Source of the DNA: the human T2T-CHM13v2.0 reference genome, Homo sapiens
Length of the DNA: 64,000 nucleotides
Assembly: GCF_009914755.1 (NCBI RefSeq)
Contig: NC_060926.1
Reading direction: 5' to 3' (one strand)
Part shown: one piece after another, positions 29,865 to 43,852 of the stretch
Position numbering within the stretch: position 1 is the stretch's first letter
Layout of the letters: every line of letters starts with the position of its first letter
Made by a program: the position numbers and the translations under genes
Notes under the pieces: model-generated
What the model was told of the DNA's origin: nothing
Databases searched by the model: none
Seen by the model: only the letters and a program-made list of their open reading frames with translations

Positions 29865-31211
29865 TTCTTTTTATGGAGACATGTTTATTTCTAACCCTAG
29901 CTGCTGAAGTGATTTCTAAAGGGAAAAAGCTTAGAAGGAAGAACAGAGAAACTGAAACTTTTGTCTTCTAGCGTTCAGAAGACAGGAGAGCTTCATCTGA
30001 TAAATGTTAAGTGGGGAAATAATCAGGAAAAGAGGGCAAATTTCGAGGCCAGGAAAAGAGGGCAAGGTGTGGGTAAGTGTATTAGCTGCCTTATTTCACA
30101 TTGTCCTTGAGATAATGGCTGTATATTCTCTATCAGTATTCTGTGCTCGCCTATGTTCAGTCTTTAAAAAACACTAGGTAAGGTCAGTGACTTACAACTA
30201 CACAGTATATGTCAGGGCAGAGGGAACAACTCAATGTGTGCATTTTGAAATGATTTTCTGTAATGTGCCACATACCTCGTTGTTCTCTACTTTTCACTCT
30301 TTGGAAACAGTTACATGCAAAACCAATTACAGATAGTTATCAACAATCCCACAGAGGACATAATTTCTGAGAAAATAAATTTTACTATTTTTAGTGTAGC
30401 TTTGTATAGCAATGAAAAATACTTTGTTTTAGTTCAGTATAAGTTTTAACTATTCTCTTATATCAAATAGAAAATAATCATTTGCTAATTGCATATCATT
30501 TCACAGAAAATTTGAACTTGTGTATTATAAAAATTTATACTATAGAGTTATAAAAAATAGAGATTAAACAGCAAAGATATCCATCTTTTATTAAAAAATA
30601 TTTTCAAATACTCAAGATATTAAGGTGATATATGTATTCTTCAGATTTTCCATTTCTTTTCTCTACCAGCTTTCATCAAGAGAAAGTGAAGGGGGATATC
30701 CTCACAGTTTGATTATTTGAACCTAAGCCACTGGAGAATGGTAATTTGGATAATTTCTGGCTTTGATAGAGCTTAGTGCACTCTTAAATTTCTCCGTTCA
30801 TATGTAAAAGCAGATGATCTCGTTTTCTTAAATGACAAATGAATTCTGTGAATATAGCTCATTCGTAGTGAACTTTACAAATGACTCACACCATACATGA
30901 CTTGTGTAATTACATTTACATTTGCTTGTCATATTTACTCTAAAATGTCACTGAGTACTTTTTAAAGTAGCTCTGTATGGCACACAAAAGATTAGAAAAC
31001 TGCAGCTATTCATTTCATATTAATTCTTGCCCTTATTAGGTCCATAAGAAAAATGAATTAAATTCATTTGCTAGGGTTGACTAGAGTATTTCACTTGAGT
31101 TTCTCTCTGTCTCTTTCTCTCTCTTTCTTTCCCCCAGAAGAACTGCTGCTGCAAAGTCACACTGAAGGCTAATTACCATGTTGGAGAGATGTGGCATTTT
31201 ACTTGGAAAGG

Positions 31212-31365
31212 TCACATGGCATAGTGAAAAGAGCACTAAACTTATAATTAGAAGTCCAAGGTTCAAAGCTGGGTTCTCCTCCTGTCTAGCACGTCTTCAG
31301 TCCTGCTCACCTTTAATCAACAATGTCACCATGGGCAAAGCCAGTGTGTTTTCATTTCCTCAGGA
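31212..31365 (+). mobile_element. MIR 5' fragment
   Basis: catggcatagtgaaaagagcactaaact ... gtcaccatgggcaaag. Confidence 0.55.
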
Positions 31366-32419
31366 GCCCTTTCTATTTTTAACAGTTCTTATAATCACCA
31401 GAAAAATTTTCTAAATGTGAAACATTTCAAAAATATTAACTTTATCCATAAATGAGATTAAAAACCAATTGTTAAGTTAAAAACATTTTCTTTGCATGTA
31501 ACATTGTCCTATAACAGCTAGAAGGAGCTTAAAAATTCACCATACTTATGTCCGTGAATGTTGATCAGTACTTTTAAATATGTATGCTTTTCATTCTTCA
31601 AGCATTTTATAGCAATGAATAAGAGATTAAGTTTGCCTGGAAATAATGGTGGTCTTCACATCAATTGAAAAAAAAAATTCCCAAAACTGATGTTCCCCAA
31701 AAGGTATATAGGAAGAATTGGCAAGAAAAATTAAAAGTAAAAATGTGACTTTCAAGGCATGGTTAAGTTAGAGCAAAGGGGCCATTTATCCCCATATAGC
31801 TGAAGAGGAAGGACTCAGATATGTGTGAGAGATAAAGCTACCTCACTCACAACATCTTACTTTACCAATTTGTACATTTCATGTTAGAAAGTGTGTATAC
31901 CATGTGGACTCTACCACTTTCTGACTTGTTATCCTTTGGCAAGTATTAGATTGTCCTCCCATGACCACCGTCATGGCCTTCACCATTCATTACCTACGAC
32001 TGTCCTTGTTCCACTAGCCTGCATAGTGTGCCCTTTGTACTTTGGCTCAAAACCATGAGACTTTACACATCTAAAAATTAAGTGTGATTATAATAGGCAA
32101 TGATGACTCTGTAAACTGGGAAAGAAAGTGGAGCATGATGCATGCCTTTGGAGATTGTTGCTAGCTACAAGGGCCAAAGTTTCATCCATTACCAAATTCT
32201 AAGATGCCCTGGTGAGAAGAAACTATAAACATTGGAGGTCCAACAAACAAACTTGCTTTCATCTTACTCATGGGATCAACTGACTCACTGCATTTCAAGA
32301 CAGTTCCTTTTATCATTGGACAACTTCAATTATTATAGACTCCAAAATCTCTTTCCGTGGACCTACTAAATACATATTAAGTCTTATCAGGGGACAGAAA
32401 AAATAAATCTACTTCTTTT

Positions 32420-32790
32420 TTATCATGATGATTCTTTAAATATTTGGTAATATTATCCTAGCTTTCGCTGTTTTTTGTTTTGTTTTGTTTTTGGTCAAGC
32501 TAAACATTATTTCTTCAACCAAATTTATGTATATTCATATTCATACATCATTTTAGCTGCTCTCCTATGCATATGTTCCAGTTGTCTACATTTCTTTCCA
32601 TTGTGGTATTCAAAAGAGCATATCATAATTCATTTGTTGTTTAGCCATTATAAAACTATGGGATAACATGCTTTCTTATTCTAGGTATTATAATTCTATT
32701 AATTTAGTACATATTGCATTAGCTTTTATTATTCTAATAATATAGCTAGCTATTACAGGGTCTAATGAAACCCTTCAGTCTATTTTTAAA
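32420..32790 (-). mobile_element. L3/CR1 LINE fragment
   Basis: ttctaggtattataattctattaatttagtacatattgcattagctttt resembles the antisense L3 RT region. Confidence 0.6.
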
Positions 32791-33067
32791 TTGCTATTAT
32801 GAAAAATTTTAAATGTATAAAAATTAGACTAATATAATAAAACCCCCATATGTCTGTCACTCAACTTCAACAATTTCGACTTACAGAGTATTATAATAAG
32901 ACATGAAGTTGGTTGAATATTATCTATAAGGAAATGAAGAGAGAGGCAGGACATATTTAACTAGGATTTGAACTACTGAGCTTGTGCAAGTGGTTATGAG
33001 AGGAAAAAAACAATACTTGTCTTAGAATTTCACTCTTGCCATAACATAGAAAATGAGTTATAAGGAA

Positions 33068-33563
33068 TGTGGTAGATAGAATAATATAATACTCCCCACT
33101 CGAAGATGTCCATACCTAATCTCCAGAACCTATGACCATGCTAGTCTGCATGGCAAAGGATAATTAAGTTTGCAGATGAAAATAATCAGCTGCCATTAAG
33201 TAGCGAGATTATCCTGAATCACTTGGGTGAGCCCAATATAATAATCACATATGGGAACAGAAGTCAGGGGAAAATGTAAATATGGAAGAAAAGCAGAGAG
33301 AAATACACCATGGCTGGCTTTGGAGGTAAAATGGGGCCATGACCCAAGGAATGTGGGCAGCCTCTAGAAGCCGGAAAAGGAAATAAATCAGATTGTCCCC
33401 TAGAGCCTCCCGAAGAAATGTGGACTTACTCACAACTTGATTTTAGCCTAGTGGGATCTGAGTTTGACTTCAAAACTACAGAAATGTAAGAGAATAAATT
33501 TGTGTTGTTTTAAGCCATTGAGTTTGTGAGACTTTGTTATAATAGTTATAGAAAACAAATGCA
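33068..33563 (+). mobile_element. MLT1D-like LTR
   Basis: tgtggtagatagaataat ... ccaaggaatgtgggcagcctctagaagccggaaaagg ... aataaatttgtgttgttttaagcc. Confidence 0.9.
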
Positions 33564-33692
33564 AAGGAGCTAACTTTAATGTTAATTGCATTGCTCAGAA
33601 TATCTTCTATTACTTCAGATACAGCTTATGGCACAATTTTCATTGCTATAATTAATTAAAATGCCTAAAGGTGCAGAACAAGGGAAGTGATA

Positions 33693-33938
33693 TATCACAT
33701 AGCGGTTAAGGGTGTAATTTTGAAATTAAACTTACTGGGTTTGCAGTGTGACTTTGCCCGTTACTATTCACAAGACCTTGTATAAAGTATTTAACCTCAT
33801 TTTGCCTCAGTTTTCTAATATAAAGGATGTGTATAAGATTTCATAGACTATGAGAATTAAGAATGTTGGAGCATACATGTAAAGCATATGGCAGTGGCTT
33901 GCATATGAATAATTCTAAATAAATACTTATCATTATTT
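33693..33938 (+). mobile_element. MIR SINE
   Basis: catagcggttaag ... aagtatttaacctcattttgcctcagttttcta. Confidence 0.75.
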
Positions 33939-33989
33939 TGATTTTTCAAATTATTTACACATTATCATCAACTTTTCCTCAAGCAGAAA

Positions 33990-34290
33990 TTGCTTGAAAT
34001 CTAGCTTATGTTAATTGTCTTGTCAACAAGAAAAATATCAGAAGACTTGTCAAATGCCTGGCTTAAATCCATCCCCTGTCTGTAGTGTCTCTAATACCCC
34101 CTGATCTATTAAGCTACTAACCCTATTAAAGAATAATTTAAATTAGTCTAACATGACTCAGTCTTTGTGAACCCATATTGAAGCAGAGTTGTATCTGTTT
34201 TTTATTTCAGGTACTGACTAATAAGTTCATTCATAATTGGTTCAAGAGTTTCATCTGAAATCAATGTCAATCTTATTTGGCTAAGATTTC
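33990..34290 (-). mobile_element. L3/CR1 LINE fragment (probable continuation of 32420-32790)
   Basis: agacttgtcaaatgcctggcttaaatcc ... ccccctgatcta ... gtctaacatgactcagtctttgtgaacccata. Confidence 0.65.
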
Positions 34291-35085
34291 CGAGTGCCCC
34301 TCTATCCTCTATGCTGCTTAATTCCAGAAACCATGTTTAGTGTTTCTTGTGATAATAGGTCTTGCAAATGCCTACAAGAAGCTCATGGTCTATCAAAGGT
34401 CATTCTTAGGATTGAAGAATCTCAAATTATTCATGATTTCTGTAGATGGTTATGATCTACAGTGCCTAGAATATAACAGTGTTTCCAGACTTTATAATTT
34501 CAGGATTTGTTTCTTAATTTGAGCTTCTATCTATTAATATCAACAACATTGTCCTCTTTTGCTTGCTATCTCCAAACTTCTGAAGAACAATGAGCTACTG
34601 TGTCTTAAATAGTAATTTATTTTTTAGACAAATGATAAAGCTAAATTTAAAAATTAGTAGGGGTGAAGTAGAAAATTTCCTACATGACTTCACTATTACG
34701 GTAAAAGAAAGAACCAATCACATTTGTGCTTTGGTAATAAGGCAATTTGCAGCTGTTCTCAACTGCTAAATTCTCAGTATTAAAAAAAATGGGCATGGCA
34801 GAATGATAAGTGTTATATCCAAATACCTTTAGCCTTTCAAGAATGGGGAGGTACATGAAAATGCATGAGACAGAAGCCCAGATGTAGGTAAATATATTAA
34901 GGAAAACATGCAAATAAAGTCACAAAAATAGTCAAGAAGAGAAAGTACACAAAAATAAAAGTTTGACCATGTAGACTATGTTAGTTTTCTGGCTTTTGGC
35001 ATGCTACATAAAAAAATTAAAATAAGACGCAGGTGACAAATGTAAAAAAAATCATTCACATTGTAGATTTTTAAATAGAACATCT

Positions 35086-35640
35086 TGCTAGTTCTGTGAA
35101 CAAATTATGTTGGTAGTTTGATAGGAACAGCATTGAAACTGTAGATTGCTTTGAATAGTATGGCCACTTTAACAATACTGATTCTTCCAATCCATGAGCA
35201 TGTAATGCTTTTCAAATTGTTTATGTGTCATATGTTATTTCTTTTAAGAGTGTCTTATAGTTGTCCTTGTAAAGATCTTTCACCTCCTTGGTTAGATTTA
35301 TTCCTGGATACTTCATTTTTTGGTGGCTATTGTAAATGGAATTGCATACTTGATTTAGCTCTCAGCTTCAATTTTATTGGTGTATAAAAATGCCACTTAT
35401 TTGTGTATACGCATTTTGTATCCTGAAACTTTACTGAAGTTGTTTATCATTTATAGGAACCTTTTGGCAGAGTCTTTAGGGTTTTCTGGGCATAGAATCA
35501 TATTATCTACAAAGAGAGATAGTTTGACTTATTCTTTTCCCATTTGGACGCCTTTTATTTATTTATTTTTTTCTTTTCCCTGATTGCTCTGGCTAGGACT
35601 TCCAGGATTATGTTAAATAGAAATGGTAAAAGTGGGCATT
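35086..35640 (-). mobile_element. Inverted 5' segment of an L1 (ORF2 remnant)
   Basis: Antisense ORF2 (gattcttccaatccatgagcatg; ctctggctaggacttccag). Joins the sense L1 at about 35640. Confidence 0.92.
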
Positions 35641-37152
35641 CATATGAAACAGAAAAAGAGCCAAATCAATCCTAAGCAAAAAGAACAAAGCCAGAGGCAT
35701 TATATAAACTAATTTCAAGCTATACTATAAGGCTACAGTAAACACAACAGCATGATACTGGTACATAAACAGACACATAGACCAATGGAACAGAATAGAA
35801 AACCCGGAAAATAAGTTGAACACCTACAACCATCTAATTTTTTACAAAGTCAACAAAAATAAGCAATGGGGAAAGGACTCCCTAGTCAATAAATGGTGTT
35901 GAGATAGCTGGCTATCCATATATAGAAGAATGAAACTGGACTTCTATCTTTCATCATATGCAAACATTAACTCAAGATGGATTAAAGATTTAAATGTAAG
36001 ACCTCGAAATATAAGAATCCTAGAAGTAAACTTAAGTAACACCATTTGGGGCATCAGCTTTGAGAAAGGATTTATGACTAGGTCCTCAACAGCAATTGCA
36101 ACAAAAACAAAAATTGACAAAAAGGGAGCTTCTACACAGCCAAAGAAACTCTCAACAGAGTAAACAGACAACCTACAGAATGGTAGAAAATATTCACAAA
36201 CTATCCATCCAACAAAAGACTAATACCCAGATTCTATAAGGAACTTACACAAATTAACAAGCAAAACTCAAATAACCCCATTAAAAATGGACAAAATACA
36301 TGAACAGACACTTCTCAAAAGAAGACATCCAAGTCTCCAACAAACAAGAAAAAATGCTCATCATCACTAATCATCAGAGAAATGCAAACCAAAACCACAA
36401 TGACATACCGTCTCATACCAGTCAGAATGGCTATTATAAAAAGTCAAAAAACAAGAGATTCTGGTGGGGCTGCAGAGAAAAGAAAACACTTATATACTGT
36501 TGGTTGGAATGTTAACTAGTTCAGTCACTGTGGAAAGAAGACTGAAGATTTCTCAAAGAACTTAAGACTACCATTCGATTTAGCAATCCCATTACTGTGT
36601 ATGTATCCAAAAGAAAACAAATGTTCCTACCAAAAAAATACCTGCATTCAGATGTTCATTGCAGCAGTATTCACAATAGCAAAGTCATGGAATCAACCTA
36701 GGTGACACGCAATGGTGGACTGGATTAAGAAAATATGGTTCATATACACCATGGAATACCATGCAACCATAAAAAGTAATGAAATCGTATCTTTTGCAAC
36801 AACATGGATGCAGCTGGAGGCCATTATCCTAAGCAAATTAATGCAGGAGCAAAAAATCAAAATACCGCATGTTCTCAATTATAAATGGGAACCTAAACAT
36901 TAGATACTCATGGACTTAACTTGGCAACAATAAAAACTGGGGATTACTAGAAGGGGAGGGAAGGTAAGTGGCAAGGGTTGAAAAACTACCTATTGATCAT
37001 TATGCTTAGTACCTGAGTGATGGGGTCATTTGTGCCCCAAACCTCAGCATTACTCAATATGTCCATTCAACAAAACTGCACATGAAGCCCCTGAATATAA
37101 AATAAAAGTTGAAAAAAGTTTGAAGGCACAAATAAGTAAATAAATAGGAAAC
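35641..37152 (+). mobile_element. L1PA16-like 3' ORF2 and 3' UTR (non-inverted part of a twin-primed insertion)
   Basis: 3' UTR ggcaagggttgaaaaactacctatt ... ccccaaacctcagcatt ... aaaataaaagttgaaaa. TSD aaatagaacatct (35073-35085) / aaatagagcatct (37153-37165). Confidence 0.92.
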
Positions 37153-38466
37153 AAATAGAGCATCTCATTCCTGTGTTGTCTCCTGTATATCTAAAAATAA
37201 CACTTTTAGATCCCTTAGACGTATTTTGAAATTGTGTTGTGTTCCTTTCTTTGTCTAACAAGTGAAGCTCACTCTGATTTGAGAGTTAATAGATAATAGT
37301 TACATATATCCCAAATATTTCCTTGGGATGTGTTTCTCATGGGAAGGATGTACACCTATGGTCATGGGTAAACACAATGGTCTGTTAGCGATAATTATCA
37401 TAGTATACTTACATATTGTCCTATAAAATAATGTTCTGTTAATATAGATTTACTGTTAGATAATAACACATTCTATTAATAGAAGCCCAAATTTAAACTG
37501 GCTGGTAATTACATTTTATTTCACAAGTAAAATGTTTTGCTTTTTGATATTTTGTCTTTTCATTAAATATAGAAAGTAGTAAAAAATTACAACTAGATTT
37601 AAAATTCCATTGGACAGGTGACACATATACACTTATTTAATATCTGTGAATCACTAAAATGATGATTAAATATATAGTCAGCATTAAATACATTCTTGAC
37701 AATTTCTAGTATTTCCCAGTCAGATGGTATCTGATGCTGTTTCTCTATTCTGCAGGTAATTAAGTAATTTTTCTTAAGATCAACTAGAAGTTAGTGATGG
37801 AGTTAAAAACGTAATTTATTTCTTCAAAGTCCTTCTGTGCTCCTTTCACCTCAATATGGTGCTTGCTTGCAAGATTTTACTGTAGTGAGGAAGAGGCAAA
37901 TTATAAGGAAATTAGAAAATGAAGAAATCAAAGGAAAGTGTATGTTGATAATCTCAACAACAGTCCTTGAAGTCTGCTTATCTACTGCTAAACAAGCAAT
38001 TCACTCAGAAGCTGAAAAAAACTTAATATACTCATCAAAGCCCTCTTTACAATTATACAGGTATTAAAGAAAGTGTCCAACAGTGAGAGGTGAACCTTAA
38101 GTAGTTTAAGGATTGCATTTAGAAGATGAAGATTAGAGCAATAATACTTAATGCTACTATAGAGCCTTTATTCCTGGCGGTTCAGGATATTTAACTAAAG
38201 GCCAAATGATATAAACCTCTGATATCTGTAAAACTTAGCTGGAAAACTTTATTCTAATAACATTTTTGTGGGTTGTTTTCCTGCTCTTTCATTTTCTTGC
38301 AATAGAAAGCAACCCTATACCTATTTGAGAGCATTTCGGCACAAATTCTCTTTAAAAAGCAATGGGGATATTTTCAACTCACAGTAAAAGGAAATGTCTT
38401 AGTACTAAGTTTAAATAATTGTTGAGTATAATTAAATCTATGTAAATTAATTCTACTCAGCATTAA

Positions 38467-38469
<3 letters not shown>

Positions 38470-38506
<37 letters not shown>
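38470..38506. repeat. (TA)18 microsatellite
   Basis: Perfect dinucleotide run. Confidence 0.97.
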
Positions 38507-38509
<3 letters not shown>

Positions 38510-38602
38510 CAATAGAAATGCTAAAAATTATAGTCACATGAGGTATTGCAAGCAAATATTAGAGAAATCCCATAACAAAGAGAAATACTAAAAATAGATC
38601 CT

Positions 38603-38989
<387 letters not shown>

Positions 38990-40601
38990 CTATCTTCACA
39001 ATGTTGGATAGGACAAGTCATATTGGTTAGTAACACTAATAAAATGCTATATATCTAACCTTAAGGAAGTAATTATAAAAAGTCTATGCTACCAAAGTAA
39101 TAAAACATTTTCCTTAAACCCAATAACTTTATCTTATACATAATTATAGACATCAACCATATATTTTAAGGTGTGCTAAACTGCACTGAATATGGCCACT
39201 GAAATTATTAGAATCTGAAAAACTTTGGATAGATTCATCTTCTATATGGCAAAATTGGATGTTTCCTGTTATTTTCAGAGTTGAAAAAATTATGGGGACC
39301 AGTCAAGTTGCCTCAATCTTGCTTCCATCATGAGAATTCTGCTGGAGTATATAGGTTAAAATCCAGATTTTTGAATTGGTTAAGAGTTTGTTCTTCATAC
39401 TTATCTCAGTCAATAATTAAATAAAATGAAAATATGCTTTTAAACACATACAATATAACATAGTCAAAGCTCACATTAATAAATTATACCAAATCATTTT
39501 ATGATATTAATTTTTTAAATTGTTACTTAAAAATTGATAATTATTAATAATCATACTCTTTAATTAAAAATAGTTAAAATCTTTTAAAAATTCATAAAAC
39601 TAGCCTAGCTGATTAAAATATACTAAATGTTAACTAACATTTTGGCCTTTAAGCATCTACTATTTTAGCATTATAAAATGCAAATGATTTTTTCTCAATT
39701 GGCAGTTTTTTCTTCACTAAATTACCACCAACAAAATATATATAAGAAAAAAAAAAACTCTAGCAAAGAAGAAAGTCATACTGTAGAAACTACAAGGGGT
39801 ACACACTAAACAGAAGGCTTCTATTTCAAATTAGTATCTTGATATGAGACTCCAGTTTAGTCCAAACTTCATAAAAGTAGTCATTAACAATACAAAATAT
39901 TACAATAAAAAATCTAGCTATTGTCATGTTTTTAATGAATAAAACAACTCTAATTGAGGATTATGGGCTACCTGAAGGAAAACCTACTGAAAATTAATTT
40001 TATTGACTGTCTTAGATTTGGTTTACATAAAGAAAATACTTCACTCACTCCATAGTATCTGTTCTCAGAATCACATAATAAATTATGCTTCTCTTTCCTT
40101 CTTCTAGTCTGGGAGAGTACAATTGCTTTTTTCTTGCTCAATACTAACTTAGCCTCTCTGTGTTTGCACAAATGGGGAGAGTAGATAGGAAAAATATAAA
40201 ATAATGATACGTTCGAGGCCACAGTGCCAAAAGAAGGACCTCTGTATCATTCACTGGGTGTGGAAATGTGGGTTACACAACGCAGCATCTCTGCATAGGT
40301 AAGCCCGTGTAGGTTACTGAGGAGACAAGCAGAACAGGAGGGGTATAATGGAAATTCAGGGAGAGAACTAGCACTTGTGTTTGGCTTGTTCATGTCACCT
40401 TGTGTTGTTTTAGAACTTAGAGAATGGAGCAAGGCATGGGGAAAAATGACAGTCCTAAAACAACAGGAATTATAGTAAAAATCTATTACAAATGGAGAGC
40501 TCCTCTTATCTACTCATGCTTTACCTTAAAATTTAAAATATATATTATATATCTATCATATGTATATATTAGATATTCAAAATCTTATTTAAACACAAGT
40601 A

Positions 40602-41082
40602 CAGTAGTCCCCTTTTACCCATGTTTTTTTCCCCCAAGGTTTGTGTTACCTCAGGTGAACCCCAGTCTGAAAATAACAAATAGAAAATTCCAGAAATAAA
40701 GAATTCATGAGTATTAAATGACGTGCCACTCTGAGTAGTGTTATGAAATCTTGTGCCATTTCCCTCTATCCAGTGCAGGACATGAATTATTTCTTTATCC
40801 ACTACAGAGTGGATATTACCCACCTGTTAGTAACTTAGTAGTTGAGAGAGAGAAACCACATTTACATAACTTTTATTACAGTATGTTGTTATAATTGTCC
40901 TATCTTACAATTAGCTTCTGTGGCTAATCTCTTACTATGCCTGATTTATAAATTAAACTTTATCATAGATACATATGTATAGGAAAAACAACATAGTATA
41001 CATAGGGTTTGGTACTATCCGTGCCTTGGGCACCCACTGGGGGTTTTGGAAGCTATCCTCCATGGATAAAGGGGCACTACTG
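40602..41082 (+). mobile_element. MER44-type TcMar-Tigger DNA transposon
   Basis: TIRs cagtagtcccctttta and taaaggggcactactg, flanked by TA dinucleotide TSDs. Confidence 0.9.
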
Positions 41083-41179
41083 TATACAACAAAGGGTAAT
41101 GTATTCACATCATTCAACACATCTGTTGTCTCAACATTCTTCAAGGAAAAACAAACAAAAGGCAGCCAGCCATAACAAC

Positions 41180-41900
41180 ATTGGTCTATGGTTAGAAAGA
41201 AAGGAACAACAAAAGCAGTATGAACTAATATAAAAGCAAATATGACCCAAGAGAAATTCTAGAAGGAAAACACAGAAAACTGACTTACCAAATAGATTAC
41301 AATAGAGCATGGCCACTATTAATCAGAAGCAGAGTGTCAAGTAGAAAAAATAATTTATAAATTAGATAAAATAATATATTTATAAGATAAACATAGAAGA
41401 GATAGGAAAGAAAGTTAAAAACAAAACAATGGAATTGAAATACACTTTGAAGACAATACATAACCGAATATTGCTGAAAAATGATATGAAAAACTTGTTT
41501 GAAAAACAGTAAAAAATTAGATTAATGAAATGGAGTGTGAGAAGATATTGAAGAAAGAACAATATCTGAAAAGCTGATCTTTCTGAAGGAAAGATAAATA
41601 TAAAAGGAACAAAACTGAAAAGTCAATATCATCTTAGAAGATAATATTCATAAACTATAAAAAAGACTATACGTGTTGGTTTTAAGAACTCATCATTTTC
41701 CAAGGTAATGTGTCCAACATATAAACATACCATTGCATTTTATCTATAAAGATATAATTCATAAGCACGCATCCAGGCAAAAAATACACACAAAGAAATA
41801 AACATTTGTCTGTCTTCAAATTTTTACAGGCAGAATCTAATCTTTAGAAGAAACTTGAATAATACCTATGTAATGCTTAGGAAATAAATACTATGATATG
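41180..41900 (+). mobile_element. Possible very old L1/HAL1 ORF1-region remnant
   Basis: Strongly A-rich sense strand with ORF1-like character only. No diagnostic motif recognised. Confidence 0.35.
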
Positions 41901-43455
41901 TTCAAACTCATCCTGTGTATCCTGTTTCCCAATTTCCCAGACTTTCTTGCAATTAGAGATAACTTTTGCCATGTTTCTCCACAGCAGTATCTCAGCAGAA
42001 GCCAATTGGGATGGAGCCACAGAAATAAAGTTACAACGCTATTACCACATTACTTGCTATCTGAAACACTGGGAAAAAAAATTCATCAGTTAATGCACCT
42101 CTCACCTACATAGTGAAAAACAGTTTGCCCTTTGCAATATTTTGAAAAAGAATAGTTGTTTGCTGATATATAAATACACTTATAATACGGAGTTTATGTT
42201 TTTTAAAGCAGGTTAAATGTCTATATGTATAGCTGTATCCTTTTATTAAAAAGATACCATATGCATGAATTGGACCTTGACCAATATCATCAATATGTGA
42301 AAGGAGTTTACACAGTGGTAGCATTATGCATATTTTTATAGTTCCTTTCTTAATTCAGCCCTTTATCCTTTTTTTTGTTACAACAATATGTCCTAATTTA
42401 GGTACTAATACAGAATAGAGGTTTTTTATTTTTAAAAGGAAAATTTGAAAGGTAATGGATTTATCTATCCCTAACATTTCTAAATCTGAGAGTACAGAAG
42501 CAGTTTTTTAAGTGATTGTACCCTTCATTAACTACATGTTTATACTTGAATTGAAACATCCATGCATGCCTTATATGCTGTACAATTACCAGAATCCCTG
42601 AGCTACTCTCATAACCCTGATTAACATTTATATTAACCATGGGCTTCAGAATGCACAGTTAACAAAGAAACTTGTTATTTTATCTCATGCCAATAATAAC
42701 ACAGGCAGGATCAAGAAAATATGTTAGTGGTTTTTTTTTAGAAATGGTTATTTGGAGTGCAAGTTAGGTTACTACCGACAATTTGGACTCCAGGCTTCTG
42801 CTCAAACAGGTCTATTTCTGGCTACAATGTAGGCAGATTGATTGAATTTTGCATTCAAGATTACATGATAAGATTTTTGCCAATTTAATTGTTTGAAATT
42901 AAAAATATCTCAATGTTTAAAACTTCTGACGTGAAATATTTGTTTAATATGAAGAATCACACAATATTTAATCTATTTTACTGCCCATGTTTCTCAAAAT
43001 AGTGTCCCTTTAGCCTTCCTCTTGGCCCCTGTCTCCCAGTTAATTTATCTCTTAATTCCTCAGGGAAAAATCAGGAAAAACAAAAACATCCAGGAGGAAT
43101 TATTGTGTGATTGTAGTAGTAGGAAGGATATTACTTCTTCTTTAAGTTTGTTTGCTTTTTTTTAGTTTTTAATACTTTATAAGCAATCAAATATTTTATA
43201 GGCTAAAACAGGATAAAAATCAATGAAACATATAAAATTGAAGGAGAGTTTTCAACTGTGTGACTCATGAAACAAACTAGATGAAATAAAAAGCCCAGTC
43301 CACACTAATGTAAACCCTACTATTAGGTGAAACTTTCCCAGTCACTATATGATATTAATTCAAGACAGATTAAATATGAATCTAATAGTTTTGTTTGGAT
43401 GCTTGAATTCAATGGTGTCTCATTGCCTTCAAAGTGGAAGTTCTATTTGACATAT

Positions 43456-43852
43456 GTCTCATGTTCTCACTAATATGTGGGAGGTAAAAATAAATAAACT
43501 CATGGAGATTGAGAGTAGAATGATGGTTACCAGAGGCTGGGAAGGGTATAGGGAGGGGAGCATAAAGAGGAGATAGTTAACGGATACAAAAATATTGTTA
43601 GACAAAAGGATAAGACCTAATGTTTGGTAGCATAATAGGTCAACTACAGTTAACAAAAAATTTATTGTATATATCAAAATAACTAAAAGAAAAAATGAAA
43701 TGTTTCAAACACTAAGAAATGATATATGCTTGAGATGATGGATATCCCAATTACCTTAATTTGAGGTATTCTGTGCTTGTATCAAAATATCACACGTACC
43801 CCATAAATATATACTATTATTCAGTATCTGTAATAATGAAAATTTTAAAAAA
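43456..43852 (+). mobile_element. L1MA-type 3' end
   Basis: catgttctcactaatatgtggga ... gagagtagaatgatggttaccagaggctgggaaggg ... gatggatatcccaattacc. Confidence 0.9.
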
